Origin: Phoronis australis
Taxonomy: Eukaryota; Animalia; Phoronida
DNA length: 64,000 bases
Assembly (NCBI GenBank): GCA_002633005.1
Contig: NMRA01000026.1
Location: forward strand, 1,103,330 to 1,167,329
Reading direction: 5' to 3'
Position numbers and translations under genes: made by a program. The notes under the pieces were generated by a model. That model was given only the letters and a program-made list of their open reading frames with translations. It did not search any database and had not been told where the DNA came from. Of the stretch, positions 1 to 12,257 are shown in pieces (the stretch's first letter is position 1; each line of letters starts with the position of its first letter).

Positions 1-1900
1 AAAATCTCCAACTGCATTTTACAGAACAGTGCATAAAGAGGTGTATTTGAAAGTTCTGTATGAATCTCTTCATCCTTTTTTTGACATATGTTCTGAAGTT
101 AACGGAATAAGAAATGTTTCTATGGTCCTTAAAGCTTTCATTTACCTGTTAGCTATAAATGAAATTTCTTTTAAGCAATTCTTGTAATAGGTTTTCGTTT
201 TTTTTGGCTGAAGCAAAATGATTGCACAAGCCTCTTAGTCGTTCCAGGAAGATATCGTGGGATGCACTGGAATCATTGTGAAGTTGAAATACGCAACTGA
301 AATATTGACTGCTGTCTTTATTCAAGGCTGTTGAGGTTAAGGTCAATTCTATTTTTATTGTTCTAGTGTTGTGAGAACAAACCCATCTATGAACCCAATA
401 ACTTCCTGTTCTGAGCACACTGAAGCCATTCAACCCATTACATGTCAATGTCTGATACATTATCCTTTGTTTTATTTCTACAACTTCATCAGTTCCTTAT
501 GTAACATGCCTGCCTAATGGGTGTATTATAAATCCATTAAGCAGATGACCAACTGGAGCTCCACCTCTTGGCATAATCCTAAATTGCCCAAATGTGACCT
601 GGTGAAAACAGTGCTTGACTACAAATTGATGTCATCAGTCTGTCAATTGTGGAGGGAGGGGGGGAGTGTTTGGTCGCAGAAATTTACAGCTTGTTAATGA
701 AGCTTTAATTAACCCCAGGATCTCCGTGTCAACCGAAGTATCAATAATTTGCAATTGTTATCGAATTAAAGTAGTAATTGCAACACTTTGAAGACTCCTT
801 TTTCTTTGCATTTAGGGCTAGCTCACAGCATGAATATTGAGCCAGAGGTGGATTATGTGAAAATGTGACTAACCTTGAAAGTTACTGGATTAATATTAAA
901 ATCATCAGCTTTTTCAAATGCACTCTAAAACTGAACACAGATGATTGTGAGGTTGAAAAAGGAGCTTGTATTATGGGAATGTCTTCATGGCAACTTTTTG
1001 ACAATCTCGTCAATTTTCAAAAAATATAGGTGTAAACAGCTCTTGCTCTCTTAACTTACATGGGGGATTGCACGTGACCTTGTTTGTTTAATCTATGTAA
1101 TTACATATTTAAAATGGTGGATGAAACTGCAACTTGCATGCTCCACGCAGGCTTACTTCTTACTTGACGCAAAAGCAGACATTTTGGACATGTTGTCAGT
1201 GCACAAGTCAGGAACGGGCCCATCTGGTTTTTGCAGAACATTTCCGACTCTCATTTGTTTACTTACTGTAGTATTTTGAGCACGTGGCACAGAAGTGCAC
1301 GTGGCAACTTCATGGTGACTTTGGATCATTACCGGGTTGCCAAACAAAATCTGAGCCCTTCCAGCATTAAGGCATATTGTATAAGTTTGAAAAATGTGTT
1401 TGTAACAGTTCCTTAAGGTTTGAAGTAAGTTAATCAATGTAATGGTAGCTCAAGCAACAGTGTTATTTAGAACTGATAGGTAGTCGAGAACACATTTGTT
1501 TGTTTGTTAGGTTTGTGTGGAGTATGTGAGATGCTGAATTTGATCATATTTTATTTTCTATTGAATAGCAGCATGTTTGACACGCATGCAGAATAATGAC
1601 ATTATCACATTTTGATTTCTCATGATTATGAAATGAAGATTATGAGCAAAAACAATTTCTAAGAATGGACCATACCTGGTCCAGTTCATCAGTAAAGCCA
1701 AAGTAGCTACGGTATCTCAGCAACTGAAATGTTTATTAAATGGAAGCAGAACTCAAAATCAGTGAATGTGCTATCTTGACCTTGATTTTTTTGGTGGTTT
1801 TTGTTATGCTTCAGTGAAATAAATCACATGAATTGGCAAGGTGTGTTGAAATTAATGTGTTTTTATTTTCAAAACAGTTTATCATTTAATTTGGTTTCAG

Positions 1901-2086
1901 GTAAATTTTCTAACCAACACTGCTCAAGTACAGAAAGCCAGTACAGTCGTCAAACAAGGGACAGAGGTGCACAAATCCAACGTGCACCTGTGGGTGGCCA
2001 GACTTCAGTTGATGATCACCTGTAATAGATCTGAGGATGACATACACGTAGTGTTCATTGAAGCACGCAAGGCTGTGAAAGTCAGG
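1901..2086 (+). CDS. UTP6: UTP6 (U3 snoRNA-associated protein 6) internal coding exon; upstream exons not identified in the window
   Basis: Acceptor ttggtttcag, donor AGG|gtag, 62 open codons (VNFLTNTAQVQKASTVVKQGTEVHKSNVHLWVARLQLMI...). Resembles the HAT-repeat region of UTP6 and is in phase 0 with the next exon. Confidence 0.8.
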
Positions 2087-2395
2087 GTAGGGCATGCCAT
2101 CTATTGGGAGACTGTGGAACTAAACATTTAGGACTAGGAAGAAAATGACATAATGTTGATGTTTGAACTAGTTGTTTTTCCTTGCATACTGATTGTTAAA
2201 TATGTGAATCTCAAACAGTTTTGTTCTTTGTATGTATTGTTAAGATGGTTTTGACTATAACAATGTTGGGATTTTAAAGGGTGTTTTAATTTGTTATATT
2301 TTTTATTTGTTTATAACTGCTTCAAGCTTTAGCTTGCCTTTTAAAATAGAGTCAAAGAAACACAGTCTAATAAACATGTTTTACTTATATTTTAG

Positions 2396-2473
2396 AAGTC
2401 GTGGCCTTTGTGGAAACTCATATTAGACTGGTCATTGACAGTCAACTCTGACAAGTTGGAGACCCTGTTAGAG
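2396..2473 (+). CDS. UTP6: UTP6 internal coding exon
   Basis: ttttag|AAG ... GAG|gtatgt; encodes KSWPLWKLILDWSLTVNSDKLETLLE, similar to the recalled human UTP6 segment LPLWISWAEWS; phase 0-0. Confidence 0.82.
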
Positions 2474-3095
2474 GTATGTTATGGACTGTGAAGTGTTTGT
2501 ACTGAACCTATCTCATCCTTGCTGTAAAACCCTTAATTCACCTGCAAAATCACCTTGTTGAACGAGTTGAAATAGAGTATACTCTAACTTTTTACTGATT
2601 CGTATTATCCCTGTTCATGTGTTACCAATACAACTTATTCTCAACATGGAAAGGAGTAAGACTGATTTATAAGTGGTTGTTCAAAAATTGGTTTGAGCGA
2701 AGCCAAACAGGACGTACTGCTGTTACAGCCATTTCCCAAAATACCGCGACACCCTCAGCGTTATTTACCCACAATACTGTGCGTCGACAGAGCACTTGTC
2801 CCATTGTTCCATGTGTACCACTATTTTACTTACAAATGCTTTTTGCTTTTTTGTCATTGTTATGCGAATAAATTTTATTTGTTGCATGGTGAATCGTAGT
2901 AATGAGGCATCAGTAATTTAATGAGCTGAGTGGCCAAGACAGTAAATCAGTCTTAATTTGTCCAACTCAGCTCAGTAGTGCGTTAGCTGTCCTACATTCT
3001 GAAAATGAGGTTAATCATCCAAAATGTTTCTATACCTCTGCAAAAGAAGAGAGTTCAATTCAGGAAACGGGAATTCAAACGTTGTCTCCTTGTAG

Positions 3096-3202
3096 GAGGG
3101 CATTCTGGAATGTGAGCAGGTTTGCATACCTGTCAAGGTGTTCTACCTGGAGTGGACAGCCCTGACTAAGTCAATACAGGACACAAGACACTTATATAAG
3201 AG
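3096..3202 (+). CDS. UTP6: UTP6 internal coding exon
   Basis: ccttgtag|GAG ... AAGAG|gtacc; encodes EGILECEQVCIPVKVFYLEWTALTKSIQDTRHLYK(R), similar to human KNKYLDWAY; ends in phase 2, matching the next exon. Confidence 0.82.
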
Positions 3203-3962
3203 GTACCTAGCTTGATGGATGTTGACCATGACTTATACTACTTTTGTGCTTATGCTTTGGAATTTAAGACAGAATCATGTGTACAGGATGATGACTTTGG
3301 AACAACTTTAGAAAACGATGATGAAAAAGGTTTCTTAACTAACTGAAATCAGTGGTCTTGTCTGCATTAAAGTTGAGCTCGGGAGCAAAAAAGTGTTGAC
3401 AATCGCAATGTTCAGCTGAGTAATTAGATCTTAGTTTCTGCAAAATACTGGTAATTAAAAATGGTAAGATTCAGACTGCAGTGGGCCTTAGACTGGAGAA
3501 TGTGACAGTTGCGATATCAAAAATTTACAAGTTGAGACCAGTTAAAAGCCCTGCTGAGTCACAATTGATATGAAAATCAAAGATTTAGCAACAGTGGTTC
3601 AAACTGTGCGCATGGTGGTCAGATTTGAGCATGAGGATTCACCACGCTCAAAAATTTTCATTTGATTATTTGAATATATGAATTTTGGCATCTAAATATT
3701 GCATTTTCCTTACTCTTTGTTTATTGTACTGTGTTGTTTTTTCTAGTGATCATCATGGTTTGTGTTCTATAAGTTCAGTCAATAAAAACCTAGTGTTGTA
3801 TAGAGCAAGATTAACAATTCAGTCGGTAGTCACTCGTGCAGTGATTGTTTTTTAACTCTCCATGGAATGGTGTAAGCCTACATGGACTAAAATAAACTTG
3901 GTCACTCATTTGACAATTTACAGTTCAATTTGTTTGTCTTATCTTAGTTTTGTTTTCCTCAG

Positions 3963-4102
3963 GTTACTACAGTTACTGCCTTTGTCGGTAGATTTCTTTC
4001 AAACCTATATCAACCTGGAGAGTTCCTCAAGCAGTCTTAAGATGAAGCGATTACGTAGCGCTTTTGAAGATGCTGTCAGGGAGTTCGGTGAAGTGGATGC
4101 TG
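3963..4102 (+). CDS. UTP6: UTP6 penultimate coding exon
   Basis: ttcctcag|G ... GCTG|gtatt; encodes LLQLLPLSVDFFQTYINLESSSSSLKMKRLRSAFEDAVREFGEVDA, similar to human RPFSVDFF...ERALREFGS; phase 2-1. Confidence 0.88.
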
Positions 4103-5080
4103 GTATTTCTTTAGCGATGTTCATTCTAATGCTGTCCCTTTCATAGTGGCATTCACATTCACAACTGAAACTGCCTTTTTATGCTCCCACAAAGCATTGC
4201 CCAAAACACCTGCCTTTATGTACAGTAGAAAATGCACTGTGATGCCCAAAATAAATGCATAAAATGGACACTAGGTGGTGCTGTTCCAGAATAATCAGAT
4301 ATCACATGCTCCCTGTCACCAAATGAAGTTTCAGGAGCAACTTTACCTCCGATGTGGACTCTCAGTGATGCGAGTGCGTGTGCCTGGCTCAATATAGTGT
4401 CAACTTCACGTCGTCATAGGCAGAGCTCACTTAGTCTTTAACCCCTGCTTCCACTGCTATGTGTTAGAATGTGAAATAATGTCGAGGCAATACTTGCAGG
4501 ATATAGAATGTTGGAGAAGTAAATTGCACCAGGGGTCCATTAACAGTCTGCATTATTGTAAAATCTTAAAAGGTTTCAACTACAGCTTTCAAAAATAGTT
4601 GACCATGTTCCTTTGAAACTGTCCAGGTTTTGTTGTAGTTAAGATGAATATGCAGAACAATGACCGATGAAACATAATTCTATATCATTTTAAAATCCTG
4701 TGAATACTTTTACTTCAAAATTCCCCAATTTTCAACAATATGTAAGTTTTTTGTTTTTGTTTTTGAAAACTAACCAAGCATTTGTAACAGGTAGTGATTG
4801 TCCACTAGTGCGGAGTTTTTGTAGTTTTGTGACACCAGGTGTATCTTAGATATCACGAGGGCGCCAACAATTCAACTACAGGCAACATTATAGCAGTTCT
4901 ATTTTAAATTTTCTATGCAGATGTTTGATTGTAATAATAAGGAAAATGGTATTTTCACTTTTTTATTATTTGTTTCACTTTTTTATTATTTGTTGGAAGA
5001 AGGCAGATTTAGGGGTACCTCAACCTCCTCACCCCATCCTAAATCCGCTTGTCTAAAATTGCAATTGATTTTTGTTGTAG

Positions 5081-5256
5081 ACCTTTGGCTGGACTACATC
5101 ACAATGGAGCTTAGGCACCCCAAAGGAGAAGCACAAAATGCTGGCGACCTTTATTGTCGAGCAGTGAAAACCCTAGATGGAAAATTAACAGATCAGTTCA
5201 TAACCAAGTACACCTTGCTTCAGACTGGTCACTCATCCACTGTCACCTCTTCATAG
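5081..5256 (+). CDS. UTP6: UTP6 terminal coding exon
   Basis: ttgttgtag|AC; encodes DLWLDYITMELRHPKGEAQNAGDLYCRAVKTLDGKLTDQFITKYTLLQTGH...TAG, matching the recalled UTP6 C-terminus DLWMDY..EELNHPLG..IYWRAMK..QTGH. Confidence 0.9.
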
Positions 5257-6347
5257 TTCAAAGCTAGTAGTAACATTCTTGTTGTTATTGTGGTTATGTT
5301 CATTGCTGGAACTGTGGTACCTTCTGTTGCATGTGGTGTTCATTGTAGGCAAATTGACCAAGGTGGAATCTGCCATAAATATCAGGCCGTGTTCACTTGG
5401 ACCAATATTTCAGACTATGAGTATAGGTCTCTTGTTTGTATCAGTACTGATGTTAAATTATCTACCTCTAAATGATAATTGACTAAGTTAGCTTTAGACG
5501 TCTCTTTGTGGGTAAGAGTGCCCCCTGTCGGGCAGCTGAGGAAACTGATTTGATAATCACTGTGGTGAACTGTAAGATGCATTAGACCAAACAAAGATTG
5601 ACAGCAACCAAAGCTTGTTCAATGACAGTTCAGCAATTTTTTTAGCAATGTTAACTTTGATTTTATGCAATGCTCCAACAAACATGTGATAGCCTACATC
5701 GTTTTATTATTTTTATTATTCATTGTTAACAATTACGTAATCAGACACAATTACACAAAACTGGTTTATAATACAGTTTTCAACACATTTTGTACTGAAA
5801 TGTTTTCATCTGTGATCCACTACTTGTAAATAGTTAAACTTGGAATTGTTGGCCTCTAACCTTTATTTGACTTATTCAATTTCGTGAAGACCACATTTTA
5901 AAGTTGACTGAAGATTATGTTGCTTCTGTTAGATGATACAGTAAAAGGTTGTATGCACAAGTTTTCCTTGCTATTCGCCTATGATATGGATTTTTGCTAG
6001 AAAACCTTTCTCACTTCAAATGCGGTCTACAATTCAATTTCCTGACAAAAGTGGATATTAAATAAGAATGGTGTCCATTTGAGTACTTGTAATATCAAGA
6101 TCTTTATTCTTTGCTACTAGTTTTTTTCTTAACAAAGGGAACACTTCAGGCCTATTTACTGGGCATTGATATGAACCATGTCATAACTGCGATAACACAA
6201 GAGTATGTAATACTGCTTTCAAAAATCCAGTCGAGGCAGCTGACTTGAAATTAGAAGCTTGTTGCTTTTAAGCATCTTTGGCATTGCTCAATAAATTATT
6301 TCTAACAGACATCCTTAAACTTCCCGAGACAACAGCCTTGACTGAGT

Positions 6348-6504
6348 TTACACCTCGATTGCTAGGGCGTCTTTGGCATTGCTTAGCAAGTCCTTTCTGA
6401 CGGTCACAGCCACACAGCTCAACCAGCTCCTACTAGTGGGCATTTCACCAACTATCTCCCACACATCTTCCTCTTCATTGTAGCACTCGATTGTGTCATG
6501 GTAT
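6348..6504 (-). CDS. Kelch-like protein terminal coding exon
   Basis: cttttctttcaaag|A, then YHDTIECYNEEEDVWEIVGEMPTSRSWLSCVAVTVRKDLLSNAKDALAIEV-TAA. It starts in phase 2 while the exon at 10398 ends in phase 1, so an intervening exon is missing. Confidence 0.85.
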
Positions 6505-7523
6505 CTTTGAAAGAAAAGCATGGTCTAGATTTTCAAATCTTGTAAATTACTTAGAGTGGCATGATCAGTAAATGAATAACTGTACAATACTGACAGCGTT
6601 AAACACATATTAAATATTCTCATTGAAACAGTTATTAAAATGCAAACACTTCCATCAATGAAGGTAAATAAAGTGGTTATCACATTCATGGTATTTTCCC
6701 TTCAGTGATCTATCAAATTCCTGTTTCATTTGTATATATTATGCTCAAGCCAAAAGTGGGCATTTCCAACACAACCACACTTACTACATATTCCTTCTTG
6801 TCATGACTAATTTTGCATATTTTTGAATGCACCCACACCTCTACCAACTCACACTACCCACAAATCACCAGCTGTCCCTCACTCCCACATCAATTTTGTC
6901 TATAGTCGACCATTTACTTGTAACACAAAAATCTACCCACTTAAGAGTACAAAATGACACACGATGGAATTATATTTTTTCATAAGGCATAAATAGCACC
7001 AAATAAATGGTTTATATTTTTAAGTTTTATACAATGATGCAGTCAATGTAACCTTAGAAGCCTTTGAAAAATGAAAAACTTTGATTTTGGCAATTGTTTT
7101 TGTCGCACACAGATGTATTTTATCGTATACTAGTGACCAGTAAAAGTAACAAATAATTAGACATTTCTCAATCCAACCAATTCCTGTCACAGCGCCACCT
7201 CTCGGGTTGCCTTATGAAAAAAAATTGTGTGAGCATCTGTATGCATGCCTTGCTTTGAAGATTTTATGTAAACGTATGGTCTGGGAGTTGGTCAAAAACA
7301 TATACCGGTAGTGAATCGTATGTTGTATTTGACCCCTAGTTATTTTTACTACATTACAAAACACGACCTTGAGTGGAATGCATCAATTTAGTTAGTTCTG
7401 GTAACGAGTTATAAGGGCAACTCTCAATAGCTGAGGCAGTACACTTCTGTAATTCTGAACATCAACCAAATGGAATATCCCATTAGATAAGATTACAACC
7501 AACCGGAACGTCCGAATGTTTTT

Positions 7524-7694
7524 TGTACCCTTTGCCTCACTTGTCTCCCTCTGCCTCACCTGCCCCCCTCTTCCTCGCCTGTCCCCCTCTGCCTCGCCTG
7601 TCCCGCTCTGCCCTCACCTGTGCCCCCTCTGACTTCACCTGTCCCCCTCTGCCCTCACCTGTCCCCCCCCTCTGACGTCACCTGTCTCCCTCTG
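7524..7694. repeat. C-rich minisatellite, ~19-23 bp unit (TGTCCCCCTCTGCCTCACC), ~9 copies, running into an assembly gap
   Basis: Degenerate tandem units directly visible; abuts the N gap at 7695-7966. Confidence 0.9.
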
Positions 7695-8100
7695 NNNNNN
7701 NNNNNNNNNNNNNNNNNNNNNNNNNNNNNNNNNNNNNNNNNNNNNNNNNNNNNNNNNNNNNNNNNNNNNNNNNNNNNNNNNNNNNNNNNNNNNNNNNNNN
7801 NNNNNNNNNNNNNNNNNNNNNNNNNNNNNNNNNNNNNNNNNNNNNNNNNNNNNNNNNNNNNNNNNNNNNNNNNNNNNNNNNNNNNNNNNNNNNNNNNNNN
7901 NNNNNNNNNNNNNNNNNNNNNNNNNNNNNNNNNNNNNNNNNNNNNNNNNNNNNNNNNNNNNNNNNNTTAAATTTTCCCGAGAATGTATATTTCTAATTCT
8001 GCATGTTTTGAACTATCCAGATAGTCCTAGCATTGGTTGAACACAAGAAATCACAATTTAAATAGTGAAATAAATGCTCATAGCTGGCACCATTTCATAC

Positions 8101-8797
8101 AGATTGTAACCTATCAACAGTTTGGTTGTATTAGAGAACCTAGCTTTCGGGTCCAACATGGGCCCTTTGTCAGGGTATTGGTGGGGATTTCCGTGTTAAC
8201 GTAGCTCTTCCATATGTTTCGGGAGGACTGTAACATTTTCAAAGAACACCAGGTGGGTACCTACCACAAACCATTCATCAACCTACAGAGTGTCTTGGTC
8301 CACCCAAAACGATGGTCCACCCAAAAGACAAGTCAGACAACAAGAAATGCGGGTTGATAACGAGTGCACAGATTGTCCAGCGAAATATGTTGGTGAGACC
8401 GCTCGGAATTTAGGAATCAGACTAAAAGAACATTTCAATGTATCATCTGGCAACCCTACAGCCGTAGAACACCGTATGGATACTTCACACACGGTTTGTA
8501 AACTCATAGTTAAAATACTATTTGGAGAGAATAAACATCAGAACTGCAAAATCTGGGAATCAGTTGAGATCATGAGTAACAAGCCAGAGTTGAACAGAGA
8601 CAGTTTACAAATTACCCGCCATTTACCAGCGCCGCCTCTCAACACACAGCCACCAGATGACGTTTGACAACTGTAAAGCAATGCCCACAGGTGGCCACGA
8701 GACACAGAAATCCCCGCCAGTACCCCAACAAATGGCCCAGGATGTGCCCAAAAGCTAGGTACTCAAATATAACCAGGCCACCAATAGGTGTCATTCT
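8101..8797 (+). mobile_element. 5'-truncated, decayed Penelope-like retroelement (RT thumb/linker and GIY-YIG endonuclease) with inverted terminal repeats
   Basis: Frameshifted peptide VALPYVSG..IFKEHQVGTYHKPFINLQSVLVHPK..CTDCPAKYVGETARNLGIRLKEH..KIWESVEI..PELNRD, typical of PLE endonucleases. 8122-8197 is an inverted copy of 8701-8776. Confidence 0.85.
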
Positions 8798-9635
8798 TTA
8801 TTTCTATATGATTTAAATACTCAAACACAGCCATGTGAAATGATGCATCAAGAGGCCGTTTTGCACCATATTGCGTCACCATATGGAAACTGCAACTAAA
8901 GAACAGTCAGTAGCAGTATTTCTAACATTCACCAATGCCTGTGGAAGAAGTATGTATCTGCCCCCAGTACAAGTGAGAGTTGTGGAGAATAGGTGTACTT
9001 TGTAGCTGTTTGAATTAACTAAAGATTCTCGCGGTGATGTAGAACAAACTCAGTTAAATGAGTATCTGCTCATAACATTGGCAATTTATGACATGTTGCA
9101 GTCAAGCTGATATGTTATCATTCAAGGTTTGCTTTAAAAGGCTATTAATCAAAGTGAATATGGCATTTAAATGATACACGATCAACTTTTCCATAAACAT
9201 TTGGGAAGTCTAATAGGAGGGAGGTCATCTCTATTCAGATGAATGAAGGCTGTCTACACTACAACAGCTGATCGCCTCATTGTTTCTCAATAAGTAGGCA
9301 CTAATCTATGTTTAAGGTGACAAAGGGAGTTTTATTTGTCTAAAAGTACACACGTCCTGTTGGCTGGTTTGTTGACATAACATTCTCAAAAGCATAGATT
9401 CGAATACACCGTAGTGCAAATGACTTTTGTTTCTCTCTTAATGTAATAAATATGCCCCTACAGATTCCAAAAGCCAACTAGGTGCCTCTCAGGTTAATTT
9501 AGAATTCTTCAAAATACAGTAATAATGTAACTAACACGTGAAATTAGGTACTGAGAATCACCACCGGGTATCAAACCTCAGTTGACAAAGTTGTAAATCT
9601 GCCACTGGAAATCAAATCTTACGGAAGACAACAAA

Positions 9636-10141
9636 CAGGGCTTGAAATTTTCCGCGGAAACGCGGATTTCCGCTTTTTTCAAATGTTCTGTCCGCGCATT
9701 TTATTATATTTCCGCGTAAAAAATCGTATTTGATGTAAAATTTCCGCGGCAAATTCCTTTCTTACCGCGGCGTTGCCGACGACGTTCACCTCGAAAAGCG
9801 GAAGTTGCTCTTTATGTTTCGGAGGAACGTAAATTGTCAACATTGCCGGGGCATCTGGGATAGCGTGGTGGGATTTTCAATGGCGTCTCGTGTGATTGTA
9901 AACCGCGGTGACAAATACTACGGCTCTGCAACCAAAAATGTGTGGGGGTGGGAGTGGAGGAGTGGATGGACAAGATAAAAAGACGCAGACGCACGCTACT
10001 GATGGTGGTAACTTTTTTTTTTTAGTCCCACCAATTTTTGTCGGTGAAAGGTTCACATCGACTATTTCAAGGCTGGGTAGCGCGCATGTTTTGGGCCGTA
10101 AAATTTTCCACGTTTTTTGTCATTGGTCATTCCAAGCCCTG
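9636..10141. mobile_element. Non-autonomous hAT-like DNA transposon (MITE), 506 bp
   Basis: Termini CAGGGCTTGAAA ... TTCCAAGCCCTG, flanked by the direct repeat AACAAA (9630-9635, 10142-10147). CpG-rich compared with the host intron. Confidence 0.75.
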
Positions 10142-10397
10142 AACAAAGAGTATGTGTTCACCAATTAAGTAAAAATCAAGTTACTGATTTCCCCAGTGGT
10201 GTTGCCTATGTAGACATAAGAAAATGAACAAAAATCCACACATCAACAATTACACTTAAAATTCTTTCAACCCCTATTGCTTGCAACTTACAATATCATT
10301 TTTTCTAAAAGCAGGTACAGACTACTTGTACTTATTTTCCTGAAATAGAAAGACTAATTCAAAGTAAATTTAAATTTTGCATAAAAATAGAACACAC

Positions 10398-10544
10398 CTA
10401 TAACGTAGATAAAACCATTCAAGACACAAGCCGCAGATCCAGAGCGTGGGATCATCATAGGGGATAACTCGCTCCATGAGTTAGTTCTGGGATTGTAACA
10501 TTGCACTAAGTCGATGCCATCACCATCTTCCAGCACAGCGCCAC
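10398..10544 (-). CDS. Kelch-like protein coding exon 5 (Kelch repeat)
   Basis: ccacag|GT ... ATAG|gtgtg; GGAVLEDGDGIDLVQCYNPRTNSWSELSPMMIPRSGSAACVLNGFIYVI; phase 1-1. Confidence 0.92.
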
Positions 10545-12080
10545 CTGTGGTGAGAAACAATAATTCCAGACGTGAAAATAAAACTCGACGAAATCCTCAC
10601 GTAATAAAACACAAAAAGTTGATGAAAGCATACAGCACTGCAAAATGGACCAATATATTTGTATTTTAACATCAATATCTTAATGATTTACAGTTACAAT
10701 ACTAAACGCTTCTAGTTGTAAGAGTAAAACAATGTATAGCTATTGATTTAATAGACCTTTTGTGAGATTTGAAGCAAGGTGCATTTTTGTCCCACTTCCG
10801 TTGGCCCCATGGACCTAAGCCAATTTTTCTTAAGCTTGCAAACCCACAAGCAGCCTATTTGAAGGTAGTAATCCTCACCCTCTTGAACTTAAATACCATT
10901 AAGGTTGTGCCTCATAGGAGATATGTGTTATCCTCAAATATAGAGTAAAAGTATTTTTTACGATCGATATACATTTTGAAAAAAAAATTGTTATCCCATC
11001 AACTCATTAAGGTTATATAGGACCCTAGAAAAATATTCAATATTGTGGCCAGCTGAGAAATGACAGATCGTATTCACTTGAAACATTTGAACACCATACT
11101 TTATACACTGTTCTACAAAACTCTGCTAGAAATTGTTTTTAAAAAGCTCCACTTTTGTATGTTGAAAGGCTATAAAAATAGGACATCCATGATTTTTAAG
11201 AAGAAACTTAAAGGGGCATAAAACGAAAACGAAAGGACTATTAAGAAAACTGTAACAGCGTTTTTGAGATTTTATCTTGAACATTTATATCATGCGACAT
11301 TTGGCCATGTTATTGATTCTGCTGTTTTACTATGACAATGTACCTTTCATTTTTGCTAAAAGTTCCTAAAAAGACAAATTCGCGGGACCTAATTAGAGGC
11401 AGGTTGGTATAAAGCAAAAAAATCAAATTTTATGGAATTTCTGCTTTCAAAAAATATGGTTTTGTAAATATTTTTTGGCCAAATAGGGGCTACATAACCT
11501 GAATACAAAGTGAACAGTCAGCTTCACCAGAGATAAGAACCAAATGATCAACCCGTGCCAACTGAAAGATCTCATATGATCATCGTAAAAAAGCTCGTTT
11601 ACTGAAGGCACTTGAATGTGTTTTTCTAAAAATGGAGACAATGTCATCACTAAACTGTGCATTTCCTTCTAATTTATGACTTGATCACGAAAATCATAAA
11701 ACAGGCTGAGAATTATTAAGAAACTGGTCTCAAACTTGGCAATTATAATAAAAGGTTGACATTAACCGAGATAGAGAGATCAGAAGTAGTTGATAACAAA
11801 CATTCCAACTTAAGAAGAATGACCAACATTTTAGAAATTAATGGCTTTGGCCTCAAATGATCAGTCTGATGATGGGATTAATTTTCTAACATCACAGAAT
11901 GGAACAACAAGAGCCATAGTTTGTGCGATTGAGTAGCATATTGGTAATTTGTGTTCTTGAAGCAATAGCTCATTCCCAAAGACTAACCCAACCCTTCTTG
12001 CAAGTGCTTCATTTTCAACAGCTGTCCATGACAAATACTTACACACAACACATCATGACCTGTATGATGAAGCAACTGAC

Positions 12081-12257
12081 CTGTCACATACAACTTCCCA
12101 TCATAGGCTGCCACAGCTGGGCTGGTCACCGAGATCTTCATTGGGGCCACAAAACACCACATGTTGGCTGCAGGGTCGTAGCGTTCAACGGAGTCAAGAC
12201 GCTCAGATCCTTCCCAGCCTCCAGCAGCATAGATGTACCCATCCAACATGGCCATAC
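12081..12257 (-). CDS. Kelch-like protein coding exon 4 (Kelch repeats)
   Basis: ccttcag|GT ... ACAG|gtcagt; GMAMLDGYIYAAGGWEGSERLDSVERYDPAANMWCFVAPMKISVTSPAVAAYDGKLYVT; phase 1-1. Confidence 0.92.

Noticed and set aside
1-1900. Additional upstream UTP6 exons
   Set aside because: No candidate with both splice sites and UTP6-like peptide could be identified.
10748-11766. Possible DNA transposon starting AATAGACCTTTT
   Set aside because: No convincing matching terminal repeat or TSD found by eye.
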